In this document: one piece after another, positions 39,581 through 52,366 of the stretch
Numbering within the stretch: position 1 is the first letter of the stretch
How the letters are laid out: each line of letters begins with the position of its first letter
DNA from: Stegostoma tigrinum
Taxonomy: Eukaryota
Length of the DNA: 64,000 nucleotides
Direction of reading: 5' to 3'
Assembly (NCBI RefSeq): GCF_030684315.1
Contig: NC_081396.1
Location: 186,001 to 250,000 of the forward strand
Notes under the pieces: generated by a model
What the model was told of the DNA's origin: nothing
Databases searched by the model: none
What the model saw: only the letters and a program-made list of their open reading frames with translations
Position numbers and translations under genes: made by a program

Positions 39581-42500
39581 CCCTTCTGTGCAATAAATGT
39601 CTGATCTGTTATTGAAGAAAATCTGCAGCCTCACGTCAATATGTTTCAATAACTAACCACCACATTAACCAAACAAACAAAATCAAATGCTGAACTATAA
39701 GGTCAGATTCCATGCTTGGATCTGACTGACCCAAACTACTGTCAGCTCGGATTACAAGAAAAAGAGACACAATTCTCTCTGTCATACTCAGTGACTGAAT
39801 GAAATTAGGGAGGCACAGAATCTGTTGAAGAATATGCACGGTACAGAGGATACTGTGCCAAAGGATGACCAGCTGACATGTCACTCTGTCCGACCACGGT
39901 AACTGATGGAATCTGAATACAATTAAGAAACCTGTTATTGAAGCTAGTCTCTGTAATGCTGACCATGAAACTGTCAGTGATTGTTGTAAAAACCTAACAG
40001 AAAGAAATCTGTAATCTTTGCCTGGTTGGGTCCAGGAAGTCACAGAGTCAGAGAGACCTACAGCACAGGAAAACCCCTTTGGCCCATCACATCCAGTCAG
40101 GACATCCACCTAACTGTGCTCATCTACTTTTCCAGCACTTGGCCCACAGCCTTAGCTTGGCACCACGAGTGCACGTTGAAATATTTCTCAAATGTTCTGA
40201 CAGTTTCTGCTTTGTGACTTCAAACCCACAGTGATATAACTGACACATAACTGCCCTCTGAACTGGTCCAGCGAGACATCGATTCCCAGGAATTAGGGAT
40301 GGGAACAAATGCTGCCTTTGCCTGTGACACCCATCTCCCTTGAAATAATATTTAAAAATTCTCTGGCAATGAGTGGGCAGATAAGTGTGGAACCGACGAG
40401 GACAGTCCCATTCTGCTGGACACTGGAAGAGGATGGTGGTGATCAATTGTGTGAAACGCTGCTGACACATTGAGGAGGATGAGGAGGGACAGTGTACCCC
40501 GGTCACAGTCAGAGTTTGTCATTTGCATCAATCATAAAGATTATTGAAGCAAATATTCCACAGGTAGAGTGACCAGCCCTGTAGGATGTGACAGTGTAGG
40601 CAGAAAATTTGCTTCATGTGAGAGACAACTGCCAAGTTTCAGTTCTAATACATCTATTAAACACGTTCTAACAGAATCTCTCAATGTGCAGCAATTGTTG
40701 TTGGATATTGGAATAGAAATCGGGGGAAATGATGATGGAGTTGAACAGATTTCTGGTTCCATCACTTGAGGAGAATGTCACTCATACCGGGACTGAAGCC
40801 CAGGAAGGCTGTATTGACCATGGTGAAGGTGCTGTGAAGATTTACCAGTATGATACCAGCTAAAAAGGTTACAACAAGACATCATTTATATTGTTTTGAC
40901 TTGTCTTGCCTCAAATGTGGCATTTAGAAGATTGAAGAGTGATGTAATTGAGAAGTTCAAGCTGATTAAAGACTAAAGAGTATAAACACAGAGAAATAAT
41001 TTATCTGGTGGAGGTGGGGGAGCAGATCGTTAAAATTTAAGCCAGGCATTCAGGGGCGCTGTCAAGAAGTATTTTCTGACACAAAGGTTGGTGAAAATCT
41101 CAAACTGTCTTCCCTGAGAAGCTGAGATAACAAGGTGTAGAGCTAGATGAACACGCAGGCCAAGCACCATCAGAGCAGCAGGAAGGCTGACAACTCAGGC
41201 CTAGACCCTTCTTCAGAAATGATCTTCCCTGAGATGCAGATGAGACTGGAGAATGATGTAAAAAGTTCAGCACTGAGATTGACGGCAATTTTCTGAAAGA
41301 AGCATCAAAGGATCTAGAACCGAGACCGGTAGGTACACCTCAGCCATGACCTACTTGTGAGTAATCAAGGGGCTGAATGATATACTCCAGTTCCGATTTT
41401 CTTTTGTATTTGAACAGCATTTCACAGTGTGCAGCTGTCAAGTTATAAGAAACAGGTCTGATATTTTCATTCATGGCTGTCAGACGTGTGAAACTTAGCA
41501 ACAACCTCATGTCTATTTCCTTCTCCTTACATTTCCTGTGAGAGTTGGCAGCATCACAGAAACTGAACAGGGGGCCTCCCAGAGAGAACAGTGTTACTAA
41601 AAAGAATAAGCACAGTGTTTTACATATGGAAATATGCTTCTACTTAGTGACCAACACCAATGATTGATTCTTGTATTTACCCAAAAAAGATCAGACCAAC
41701 AGGACTAAAAGTGTGAAAGGAAAAGAGGCTCAAAAATGAGTCTCCTTGTATGAGTAGAGAATAATCTGTCCCTCGGACAGAAACAGCACAGACTGTCTCT
41801 AAAGTGGAAAATCTTCACACTAAATTTGAGGAACTCTGTCATGATTTTAAACAAAGATACTAAGTGAGTTTACCAGTAAACGGGAGTTTGGCTCAGATTG
41901 AAGGTGGTGTTTACCTGATGAACAACAAAATGAATTAACGATGAACAACAAAATGAATTAACCTTGTGATCAAGAAAAAGTAAATCATTCTTCAGCTGAC
42001 CTATGAATCTGCATCATTCAAAGCCCATTTACAATCCACACCGTCCTGGGATTACCACCCATTTAATATCCTTCCACATTTTATGGACACAGTATCCTGA
42101 CCTCTAAATTTATTTACTCCCTTTAATCTCCTGAGGAAAGCCTATGGGGGAATAGTCTCTGGCTTTCAAACACAATTGAAGAAATCTCCTGAACATTTAA
42201 CAATTCTCACATCTCCGTCATCAAGACTGAGCCTGGATCCTCAGAGAAAGTCGGAACTGCCGATGCCGGAGTCCAAGATAATCAGGTGTGGAGCTGGAGG
42301 AACACAGTAAGCCAGGCGACAGCGGAGGAGCAGGAAACTGACATTTCAGGTCTGGGCCATTTCTGACGAAGGGCCCAGACCCAAGATGTCAGCTTTCAGG
42401 CTCCTCTGATGCTGCCTGTGCCTGGATCCTCCACCCTTCCAGAATCCATTCTGTCCCCTGTAGTATTGATTCTCTGAAACAGAACCTGCTCCTCATCGAT

Positions 42501-44869
42501 GGGCAGACCAGGAAAGGACTCCAGGATTTCTTCCGGAAAGACATTCATGACTTGGTTGCTGCCAGTTTATTTTTAAATGTCGACATTATGAAATGGACTT
42601 CCAACATTCAAAGTGGTGGGATTTGTGAACCCTAGTTCTGGATTGAGAGTACAGTGACAGAACCCCTCTGCCACTGTGTCCCTGTCAGGGAGACTGTCCA
42701 GTATGTGTGAACCTTTGGGAAAGAGAGGTCACTGAACAAATTCACCGCACGCCTTCAATTCCATCAGTGACCAGTCAGTCAAGGTCAGTATTGTTTCAGT
42801 GAGACTTCACAACCCAGTCTTACTGAGTGAGGTTTGAGGGGCAACAGTGAAGGAGACAACACGAGGGAAAACACAGGAGAGGGCCATGCAAGGCTGGGCA
42901 GCGATCTGAGCAGAAACAATTTGCCGCAAGTGGAGCTGTCACAGCCAGTGAAACATTTCGAATGCGGTTTCCATCAATCATTGCTGATGGGGTGAGGTTA
43001 CTTTTGGGTGTGTAACGCTGCTTGTTGCTGATAAGGACTCAGTCTAAAAAAACATTTCCGCTGTTTATCTCGAGTGTAGCAGTGGACCGGTTCTGTGTGC
43101 AACCCACTGTGTTGGGTGGGTTTTGGGGCTGGAGCTGGGATTGTTGGGGACAGGGGGAGGGGGTGATCAGTAAAATGTGGATGATCGCCCCGGTCTCATT
43201 CACTGCTTAACTCTGCATTATCAGAATCAAGTACAGGCCATTCACCTGGAGAGCTGAAACTGCAAATGTTCAACTTCATAATTAACTTTAAGGAGCCACA
43301 TATATTTTGAATATATTTATCGATGTAAAAATAAACATATAGCAATATAATGTATGTGCATTCCTATTAATAAATACATAGAAAGCACAGGATAAGGATA
43401 TAGATAGAGAGATTGATTTTTTTCCTGCTGTTTACTAATAGTTCAGACAGCGTTCCTGGTGAGGGTGACACAATGACATTCAGTCCGGTTACTGATGCAG
43501 GCTCAGTACGAATACATCTGGTGTTGGTATATACAGGGAAACTCGGTGCTGTTCCTGATGCAGGTACAGTATTAATACTTTAGACTGTGTTACTGGTGTC
43601 AGTAAATTGTTCAGGCATCTGTTGGTGTTACTGCTGCAGGATATTTACTGATACACTTTGTGGTATTATTATGGTGCAAATGCTCCTGTTACTGGGAATG
43701 GACTAGTGGCGATTGGCATTTTGCCATTGTCCTATATCCTTCATTATGATCCAAACCTGCCATAGATTCCCTTTCAGAATCAGATTCAGTGACAATATAC
43801 TGTCACTACATCCCCAATCATAGATTCTGATGCTGTCACACTATTCTCTCCAGTACGACTTCATTCTGCAGAACATCCCACAGTTCCTCAATTTCACCCA
43901 GATCCTTGATCCTCTCCTCCTTCAGGAATGTTTTGGGGTCTTCTTTAATATCTCTGCCCATTCCTCGTTCCCTGTTGGGATTTCCTCTGTTTCTGTCTCT
44001 TGGGAATCCATGTTTACTCTCATTAATTTGTTCCTTCTTACATTCTTCACTGGCTTTTGCAATAGCATTCTATGTTTGTTCCTCATTTACTATCTTTTTT
44101 GGATTTCTTTTACTTTATCAATGACTCAGTGTCCTTTGCCTGATTCTAATATCCACCCAATCTTTACTATTCTGTCTGCTTTCATAACAAGCTTCCTATG
44201 TCCACATGTCACTGACCCACTCACCCGAGAAAATATTTCATCTCAATCTGTCCTGAAACTTCTCACCAGCTAAATGGTTAGATCGTAACCATCTTGGCAA
44301 CTTGTATTTATATGACACGTTCAGTAATGAAAACCATTCCAAGGCATTTCATGGGAGGGATATGAAATGTAATTTGACACAAGGCCTCAATTGGAGATAT
44401 CAGAGAGATGGCCAAAGGTTTGACCAAAGAGTTGTGTTCTACAGCGAATTTTAAAGGAGGAGGAAGAGAGGGAGAGGTTGAAGGAGATTTCAAAGCATTA
44501 AGTCCAAACATTTCCAACTGCATCATAACTGAAGTCCTTCATTTCTGTTCACCCTCCTCTGATCCTTTTCTGTGATGTCCACCTTCTTCCTGGGGTAGAG
44601 TGCCCAGAATTGTATTTCCTACATCACTGGCCTGTCTGTCTGGCTAAGCAGCTGTCAGTGTCCAAACTCCCCACTTCAAGACTAGTGTCTGTGTTCTGTT
44701 CCTGAAAGCTCAGCATCTATCCACCTGCCCCTCTCAAACTGACATCAAAAAAGCATTATTTTAATGTCATGGGGAATGATGTCTTTCCCAATGCCCAGAA
44801 ACGTAACACTTCTTGCTTCAACCCCAGGAAAGACACTTTGTGATGATTATTCCATATTTTACTGCTTGG

Positions 44870-45310
44870 TCACAGAATGTGGACATGAGCGGTTGGGCTA
44901 TTTTTCATCTGTAAATGCCCTTGAGAAACTGGGGTGATCTACCTTTTTAAACTGCTTCGGGGGTTGGTGGCGGGGTTGGGGGGGACATGTAGCTGCAGCT
45001 GTCAGGGAGACAATTCCAGTATTTTGACTCAGTAATGATGAAGGAACAGCGATGTCGTTCCAAGTCAGGATGGTGTGTTGTAGGGGAACCTGCACGTGGT
45101 GGTGATCCCATACACAAGCTGCCCCTGTCCTTCAGTCCGGTAGAGGTTGTGGGTTTGGAAGGGGCTGATGAATGAGCTTTGGTGAGTTGCTGCATTCCAC
45201 CGTGTAGGTTGTTCATACTGCTACCACTGTAGAGGTGTTGAATATTGATGGTAGTGGATAGGGGCCACACAACCCAGCTGCTTTGTCCTGGATGGTGCCA
45301 AGTTTCTTGA
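44870..45310 (-). mobile_element. LINE (CR1/L2 clade) 3' end
   Basis: Minus-strand 3' LINE sequence (TCCCTGACAGC...CAGTTTAAAAAGG...TTCTCAAGGGCA); same family as 52540-52880 (+). Confidence 0.6.
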
Positions 45311-45312
45311 AG

Positions 45313-45970
45313 GAGATATCTGCACACCAACTGGTGTCTTCTTTCTGTCGCCTGTTATCTCTCTCTCTCTCTCTGCCTCTATCTCTCTCTTTCTCTCATG
45401 GAGATGTCTGCACACCAACTGGTGTCTCTTTCTGTTGCTTGTTATCTTTCTCTCTCTCTCTCTCTCATGGAGATATCTGCACACCAACTGGTGTCTCTTT
45501 CTGTTGCTTGTTATCTTTCTCTCTCTCTGCCTCTCTCTCATGGAGATATCTGCACACTGACTGGTGTCTCTTTCAGTTGCCTGTTATCTTTCTCTCTCTC
45601 TGCCTCTCTCTCTCTCTTTCTCTCATGGAGATATCTGCACACCAACTGGTGTCTCTTTCTGTCGCTTTTATCTTTCTCTCTCTCTGCCTCTCTCTCTCTC
45701 TCATGGAGATATCTGCACACCAACTGGTGTCTCTTTCTGTCGCTTTTATCTTTCTCTCTCTCTGCCTCTCTCTCTCTCTCTCATGGAGATATCTGCACAC
45801 CAACTGGTGTCTCTTTCTGTCGCTTTTATCTTTCTCTCTCTCTGCCTCTCTCTCTCTCTCTCATGGAGATATCTGCACACCAACTGGTGTCTCTTTCTGT
45901 CGCTTGTTACCTTTCTCTCTCTCTGCCTCTCTCTCTCTCTGTCATGGAGATATCTGCACACTGACTGGAA
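45313..45970 (+). repeat. Tandem repeat, 9 units of about 70-88 bp: GAGATATCTGCACACCAACTGGTGTCTC plus a (CT)n spacer
   Basis: Unit starts at 45313, 45401, 45470, 45543, 45628, 45706, 45786, 45866 and 45947. Confidence 0.95.
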
Positions 45971-46067
45971 TCTCTCAGTTTCTTTGCTGTTCACAAGCAC
46001 TTTATTTTTGAAATAAAGAAACAGGACAAACTGTGGCAGAATCTTTAATCTGATTATTGCTGCTGAT

Positions 46068-46208
46068 CACCTGTTGCATAAATTTCTAACTGGCAGAAAA
46101 TAGAAATCTGTGCTGGAGGCGGGGACAGGAAACTCTGTTTCTGGTTTCAGTGGGTGGAGCTGCTGTTGAACTTGTGGGACCCTCGCTCACTTCACTCCCC
46201 TATTTAAA
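46068..46208 (+). promoter_or_regulatory. Putative IgW VH promoter: E-box CACCTG (46068), TTGCATAA (46074), GC box GGAGGCGGGG (46115), TATA-like TATTTAAA (46201)
   Basis: Motifs seen 90-230 bp upstream of the leader ATG. No canonical octamer is present. Function is inferred from position. Confidence 0.55.
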
Positions 46209-46294
46209 CAGCACTGACTCCAGCTCCAGATAAAGGCGTCCTGAAGCAGCTGGATTTCTGGAGTGTCTGACTCTGCCTCTGCTTCCACACAGCG

Positions 46295-46340
46295 ATGGGG
46301 ATTCTTCCTTATCTCTGCGTCCTCCTGCTCTGTCTGACAG
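46295..46340 (+). CDS. IgW: IgW VH leader exon (MGILPYLCVLLLCLT/G)
   Basis: ATG at 46295, hydrophobic signal peptide, phase-1 donor GTGAG at 46341, 120-bp intron ending TTATTCACAG at 46460. Confidence 0.93.
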
Positions 46341-46460
46341 GTGAGAGCTCCCGAGGCTTTCTCCCCACACAGTGAGGCTGCTTCTTCCCAGATTCTGTGA
46401 CTCTGTTTATCTGACTGGTTTATTAAAGTGAGCTCTCTTCTGTTTCTCTTTTATTCACAG

Positions 46461-46759
46461 GTGTCCGGTCTGGGATCATGCTGAACCAGCCCGAGTCAGT
46501 TGTGAAAAAGCTGGGGCAGCCTCACAAACTGATCTGTTCAGTGAGTGGGTTCAACCTGGATGACTACGTGATGCACTGGGTCAGACAGGTCCCCGGGAAA
46601 GGCCTGGAATGGTTACTCAATTACAAGCAGGGTGGCAGGAGTGAATATGCACCTGGAATTCAAGGCAGATTCGTCCCTTCAAAAGGGTCCATCAGAGTCG
46701 CCCACCTGGACATCAGCGAACTGAGAATGGACGACACTGCCATCTATTACTGTGCGAGA
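46461..46759 (+). CDS. IgW: IgW heavy-chain variable (VH) segment, germline and in frame
   Basis: GVRSGIMLNQPESVVKKLGQPHKLICSVSGF...MHWVRQVPGKGLEWLL...YAPGIQGRF...DDTAIYYCAR has the canonical Cys-Trp-Cys. 'QPESVVKK' and 'YAPGIQGRF' are IgW-like. Confidence 0.95.
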
Positions 46760-46798
46760 CACAGTGAGAGGATGTGAGGCTGGACTGGCACAAAATCT
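46760..46798 (+). other. VH 23-bp-spacer recombination signal sequence
   Basis: CACAGTG (46760-46766), 23 nt, ACAAAATCT (46790-46798). Confidence 0.95.
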
Positions 46799-47111
46799 CA
46801 CTGAGCGAATATCGTCAGGGGAATCAGTGAAAGGGAAGAAATGATCACGCAGCCCCAGCTATCAGCAAAGCTTCATTCCCTTCCTGGCTTTCCAGTGAAT
46901 AGGGAAATGTGATTATTCACAGAGGATTCCTGCCGCTGGCGACACGATGGGAAGAGGATGTCGGGACGTGAACAAAGATTTCTCTGGACTGAAACAGGAG
47001 AGGGCATCCCCGGGCAGGGAGGCTCAGAGCAGCATTGCTCACTTGGAGCAGTGTCAGTGCGATCAGTTTAAATGTGAAGTGACTGTATTTCGTGACAGGG
47101 AAAGTGGAGGA

Positions 47112-47193
47112 GATTCATGTAGAGCTCTCCATCGCGGTGTGTATACGGCTGGGTCACAGTGAGAGAAATGGGAACCCTCTCCATTCAAAAACC
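47112..47193 (+). other. IgW: D1 segment (coding 47140-47154, TGTATACGGCTGGGT) flanked by 5' 12-RSS and 3' 23-RSS
   Basis: 5' side: GATTCATGT (47112-47120), 12 nt, CGCGGTG (47133-47139). 3' side: CACAGTG (47155-47161), 23 nt, TCAAAAACC (47185-47193). Confidence 0.88.
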
Positions 47194-47533
47194 GAGCACA
47201 GGAAAACAATTAAAACTGCACTCACTGGGTGCTCTCACTGGCCTTCAGCTCCAGAGCAGTGGATATAAATCAGATTCCGATTCAATAACCTGGATGTGGG
47301 AAGAACTTGCCATGAAGCTATTACTTGAAAGATGAAAAGAGCAGTGATGAACAGAAGAACAATGATGAAAAAATAAAAGTTTTTGTGGATTTGTCTCATC
47401 TTCCTGCACAGTACTGAAAACCCCAGCATTGACTCCTGGTGTGTGGGAGACACACAGAAACAGAGCGGGGAGTTCATGAAGTAGCCAGCTGTTTGTCCGG
47501 GATGTTTGATTTCAGGCTGGATCCTACAGCTGT

Positions 47534-47602
47534 TGTTTCTGATCTTGGATGAAGCATTGTGATGGATACAGCACCACAGCAGCACAAAGCTTGACATAAA
47601 CA
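47534..47602 (+). other. IgW: D2 segment (coding 47562-47574, ATGGATACAGCAC) flanked by 12-RSS on both sides
   Basis: 5' side: TGTTTCTGA (47534-47542), 12 nt, CATTGTG (47555-47561). 3' side: CACAGCA (47575-47581), 12 nt, ACATAAACA (47594-47602). Confidence 0.85.
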
Positions 47603-47922
47603 GCCCCGTTCCTAATGACCATGTATATCCATGGATTTCCCATTCCTGTTTCCCAGAGTGAAATATCTAGACACTGGCTCAGATTGTCAGGGAAAATGTT
47701 GATTTCTGGGAGAATAAAAGGCAAAAAGGAGGCAATTCTGTTTCTGGGTAACCTGCAGGATCTGGTGTCAACAAACAGGAAAAATGTGAAAACATTACTG
47801 GATACATTTGGGACAGGATTAAGATGGAATTTCAAATGAAAATACAGGAAGTTGCTGCTCCAGGTTCCAACACAGTTTATATTTACATTCCCTGGGGATT
47901 ATTATATACGGTGCTCAGGGTC

Positions 47923-47961
47923 AGTTATTGTATTGGGTGAATAAAGAGACAGAGCACAGTG
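47923..47961 (-). other. JH 23-bp-spacer RSS
   Basis: AGTTATTGT (47923-47931), 23 nt, CACAGTG (47955-47961). Confidence 0.88.
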
Positions 47962-48004
47962 CTGGACTACTGGGGCAGCGGAACCTTTCTGGAAGTGACT
48001 TCAA
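47962..48004 (+). CDS. IgW: IgW JH segment (LDYWGSGTFLEVTS)
   Basis: WGxG motif; phase-1 donor GTAAG at 48005. Confidence 0.94.
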
Positions 48005-50609
48005 GTAAGACAACCTTCTCTATTCTACTCTTTTCTACTGTACATTGTATTTAATTTGTGTTTTTGATAATTCAGTAAAATCAGTGAGATATTTCAGACA
48101 GTTACATGATTCCATCCTAGAGTGGTGAATTTCTATTGAGTCAAGAATAAACCCAGTAACTGGAAGTGAAATCTGAGATGAGATTTCTTCTCAATTGTTC
48201 ATATTAAACCCCAGAAAATCCAGGATTCCAGGATCTGTTTGATATGTTCAGCTTGGTCCAGTTTACATTATTCAGGATACGTGTTGTATTGGGCAGGTTT
48301 GATGATTTTGGACTTTAGGATACTTGAAGGATTTTGTTATAATTGGAGTTAAAATATATGATTCAATTGTTTTGTGATTCAGTCATTGGTGTCATAGTTG
48401 TTTACATTTTCTGCGAATGTAGTTCATACCTTGTTGAACAGTTTTAAGAATAATAGGTTCCAGATTCTACTTGATAATTTTGCAAACAAACAGAAATGAT
48501 TTGGACAGAGTGAGACACAGGGATTACTTTATATTTAAAGTAACTCAGCCCAACATGTTTACAGCATATGTCCAGAGAATTCACTGGAAGACAGCAAGCT
48601 GGCTGTGTGTGGAATAAAGTTGAGTCTCATTGACATGCGTGTTTTCATATTAATTGTTCAATTATCTGTGAGATTTCAAGCCATCTCTCACTCTGAAATC
48701 TCATCTCTAACTGGACCCACATTGAAGGGTTGAGAACTGCAAGAGTTTCTGTTTGGTTGAAATCATTCTTGTGCAATAACCGCATGGGATCAATTTTTTT
48801 ATTTGTTGATATTAGATGTTTTGGTTCACTGTTTCTATATTTACAATTATTGGATTAAAGCATTCAACAAGGGTACTTCAGACTAATAAATGAACTGGTC
48901 GATGCATAAATCTCACCTTGAGTGGAAATCCGTAGGGCAGGAATATGATTTATTGTTACAGGGTCAGTGGAACAAGGTTTAATATTCAGCCAGCTCTGAC
49001 CACTGTGTTCTTTTAGTTGGTCTGATCCCTGAAATATAAGTTAGACATATTGGAAAGGAAGGGCACGATCCTTTCTCAGTGGCAGGGTTATGATCCATTT
49101 GATATCAATTGACATTTCACAAGCTTCTTGGATGGGATGGCGAGTTTTGTGAAGGAACCTGATTCTCTGATTATTCATGAGAACTATAATATTCTGCTGT
49201 GTGCTTTTTAAGATGAGTTTTCCACATTTATTTGAAATAGATTTGTTTTAATAACATCATTAACTAAATAAACAGGAAGGACAATGATGATTTCAACATG
49301 TCCTCCTGAGGACATGTTGACATTTTTTAGCTAAAAAGCTGATTTTTACAAGAAGCACACAGTAAACATTCATTGCACCTCCTCTATCTCCCTGGATTCA
49401 CTGGTTTAGAAATTCCTCCCAGGGAGTGAGACAAAACAGGCAGTTCTCCGACCTGCCACTCATCCTGCCCACTGCCTGAGCCGGAATTCCAGGGACTGAT
49501 CTGGAATTGAATGCTAGGCACAGTGTGGAACAGGCAGGCGATCACCTCAGGTTTCCTTCACCCACTGTGAACAGTTTCTTGGCTGCAGTGTTTGATTGTA
49601 ACATGGACTGTGTGGTGGGAACATCCCTGATCACAAACACTGAGTGAGCTCGGAGTCAATTTTACTGCAGTGTCACACCTCAGTCTGTGTGATTCCAATT
49701 CTCATTCTTCCTCACCAGGAAGACATAAAACACTGGACAAATATTTCTTGTAGTTGGGTGATTCTAGATGTGTTTCTGCAGTTGTTCTTGTTCAGCCTCT
49801 TGTCTGAATTTACTCACTGGGTGCACTCTCCTTCCTTTCTCATCTTTCCTTTTGTCTTCCACTATCTTTTCTTCGTTTTTTGTCAGTTCTTTCTTTTTTC
49901 TTGGTCTCTCCTTCTCTTCCCCTGATTTCAGTCATCAGACTTTATCTTTCAACTTTCTCACCCTCTGTGTCCCACAATTCCAGTCGACAGTCCCACCACC
50001 CATCAATGGGGTTAAAGCTGGAACATTTGGAAAGATGTTGAAAGGATCAGTTCAGTGTGAGGGGATGACGTCTGCAGAAGGATGTTGATATTGGACTGTA
50101 ATATACTGGATGAGGGCCATTACAGCGTACGGCGTGAGCTCCTGTTAACATTGAAAGACATTTCAAATCTCTCTACTTCAACTATTGAGGATCTAGAAGC
50201 TTGTAATTTGATTACATCAGTGATGGGAAAGGGTATTTAAAATTCTGAATGACATTGAGAAAGTGGCTGGAGGATACAAGGGAGGGAATTAAAAGCAGGA
50301 ATATTACTGACATAGTACAGTCCAGTCAGCCTGATGGCATGTCTGAGGAAATTTTGAGAGAGAATAATTCAGGGTAAAATTTATGGCAACATCATTTACC
50401 CAGGGCATTCTTGTGATCTGTTATATTCTGCCCGAATGGACAGAAGGATCAGATTCCATTGTAAAAATCAAAATGAAATAGTATTGATATTGAAAGGAAA
50501 ACATTTGACAGCCCTCTGGCAGAAACAGGGTGGTGAGATTGTGTGTTTAGTCTCACCAAAGAGTTACCATACACTGGTACTTGTCGCATGGACAGAGTGG
50601 GACCAGTGC

Positions 50610-51635
50610 ATGTAGCTTCTGGATTTTCAGAAGACATTTGAGAAGTTCCCACACTGGGGATAATAGATTAGATTTGGGGGAAATATACAAGTATGATTAG
50701 AGAATCGGTCACTGGGCAGAGGCAGGGAGTTGAATAAATGGATCATTCTCAGGATGGCTGTTACTACTGGGGTGATAAAAGGGTCAATGCTAGTTCCACA
50801 ACTGCTTGCAATCCATATAAATGATGTAGATGTGTGAACCAATGTGAATATCTGCATATTTTCTGATGACATCAAACTGGCTGGGAGCATGATTTGTGAG
50901 GCGGGTGCAAACAGACTTCAGTAAGATTTGGACTGGCTTTGTAAATAGGCTAGAACTGGGCTGATAGAAGAGAGGAGTCTGAAGTTATTCACTTTGATTA
51001 AAAAAAACAGGAGGTGTGATTTGGAGGTGCAAGTGTCCAAAGGGATCTGGATGCCCTTGTCCATGAGTCACTCAAACCTAGTGGTTGGGTATAGCTTAGA
51101 AAGGAAACAGTATGTTGGCATTAATTTCAAAGGGATTTGAGTATGACAGTAAAGATGTCTTGCTGCAGTTGTCTCTGGCCTTAGTAAGACCACGCCCGGA
51201 GCACTGTACACAGTTTTGGTCCCCTTATCCAAGAAAGATACGTTTGCCATGGGGGCAGTGCAAAGATTGTTTACCAGACTAATCCCTGGGATGGCAGGGT
51301 TGTCTCATGAAGAGGGATTGATGAAACTGGGTCTGTATCCTCTGGAGTTTTAAGCATGTGAGGTGATCTTAATGAACTTGCAAAATTCCTAGAGGCTGAC
51401 AGGGTGGATGTAAATAGGACAGTTCCCTTGGCTGGTGAATCTTGAACCGGGGACCAATAATATTAGGACCAGAGTCTGGTCATTTACAACTGAGATGAGG
51501 AGGAATTTCTCCTTTCTGAGGGGAGTAAATCTTGTGGAATTCTCTACCCATAGGGCTGTGGAAGTACAATCATTCATCAGGTTCAAGACAGAAATCAATG
51601 CAGTTCTGGAGACTGATGACATTAAGGGGTATGGA
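50610..51635 (+). mobile_element. Decayed CR1 RT/3' fragment in the J-C intron
   Basis: 'FSDDIKL' (FADD-like) near 50860 and 'EMRRNFSFLRGVNLVEF' near 51490. Confidence 0.8.
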
Positions 51636-52366
51636 GGTTGTTGCCTTGCTCACTGAGCTGGCTTGTTTTTGTTCAGCCGTTTCATCACCATTCGAAGTGA
51701 CATCAGACGTGGTGCCTCCGATGAAGCAATGTGATTCTGCTCTGCTTGGAATTTATACTGTTCAGTCCGTTATGGTGAGTAGTGTCATTTATGGTTTTGA
51801 TCTGTATGAGTTTGTATATGAGGACCATTTCGATATGTTTGTTGATTGAAGTATGGTTGGAGAATCATGCCTCCAGGAATTCCTGTGCATGTGTATGTTT
51901 GGCTTGGGCTACTATGGTTACCTTGTCCCAGTTAAACTGATGGCCTTCATTGCCTGAATGGATTAAGGAGAGTTTGTTGTGCCATTTTGCTGTTCATGAA
52001 AATCAGCTGGCAGTAAAATGGCACGTCTCCTTCATATCAATCCATTCAGACAATGAAGGCCATCAGTTTAACTGGGACAAGGTAACCATCAGAGCCCAAG
52101 CCAAACATAGACACATACGGGAATTCCTAGAGGCATCGTTCTCTACCCTTTCTTCAATCAACAAACATATCGAACTGGACCCATATGTAAGTCCACACAG
52201 ATGAAAACTGGAACTGACTGGGCTCACCATAACAAACCGGACAGTATAAATTCCAAGCGGAGTAGTATAACATCACTTTATCGGAGGCACCACGTCTGAT
52301 GTCACCTTGCATGGTGATGAAACAGCTGAACAAAAACAAGCCAGCTCAGCGAGCAAGGCCACAACC
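51636..52366. mobile_element. Penelope-like element 3' end (GIY-YIG C-terminus) present as an inverted pair
   Basis: ORF 51950 'HENQLAVKWH...SIHSDNEGHQFNWDKVTI..QAKHRHIREFLEA...SINKHIELDP'. 51636-51960 is the reverse complement of about 52030-52366. Confidence 0.85.

Noticed and set aside
41611-41640. Isolated CACAGTG heptamers (41611, 28341, 49519 and others) as extra RSSs
   Set aside because: No nonamer at 12 or 23 spacing and no adjacent V/D/J coding sequence.
45283-46016. Long S/L-rich ORFs
   Set aside because: Translations of the (CT)n-containing tandem repeat.
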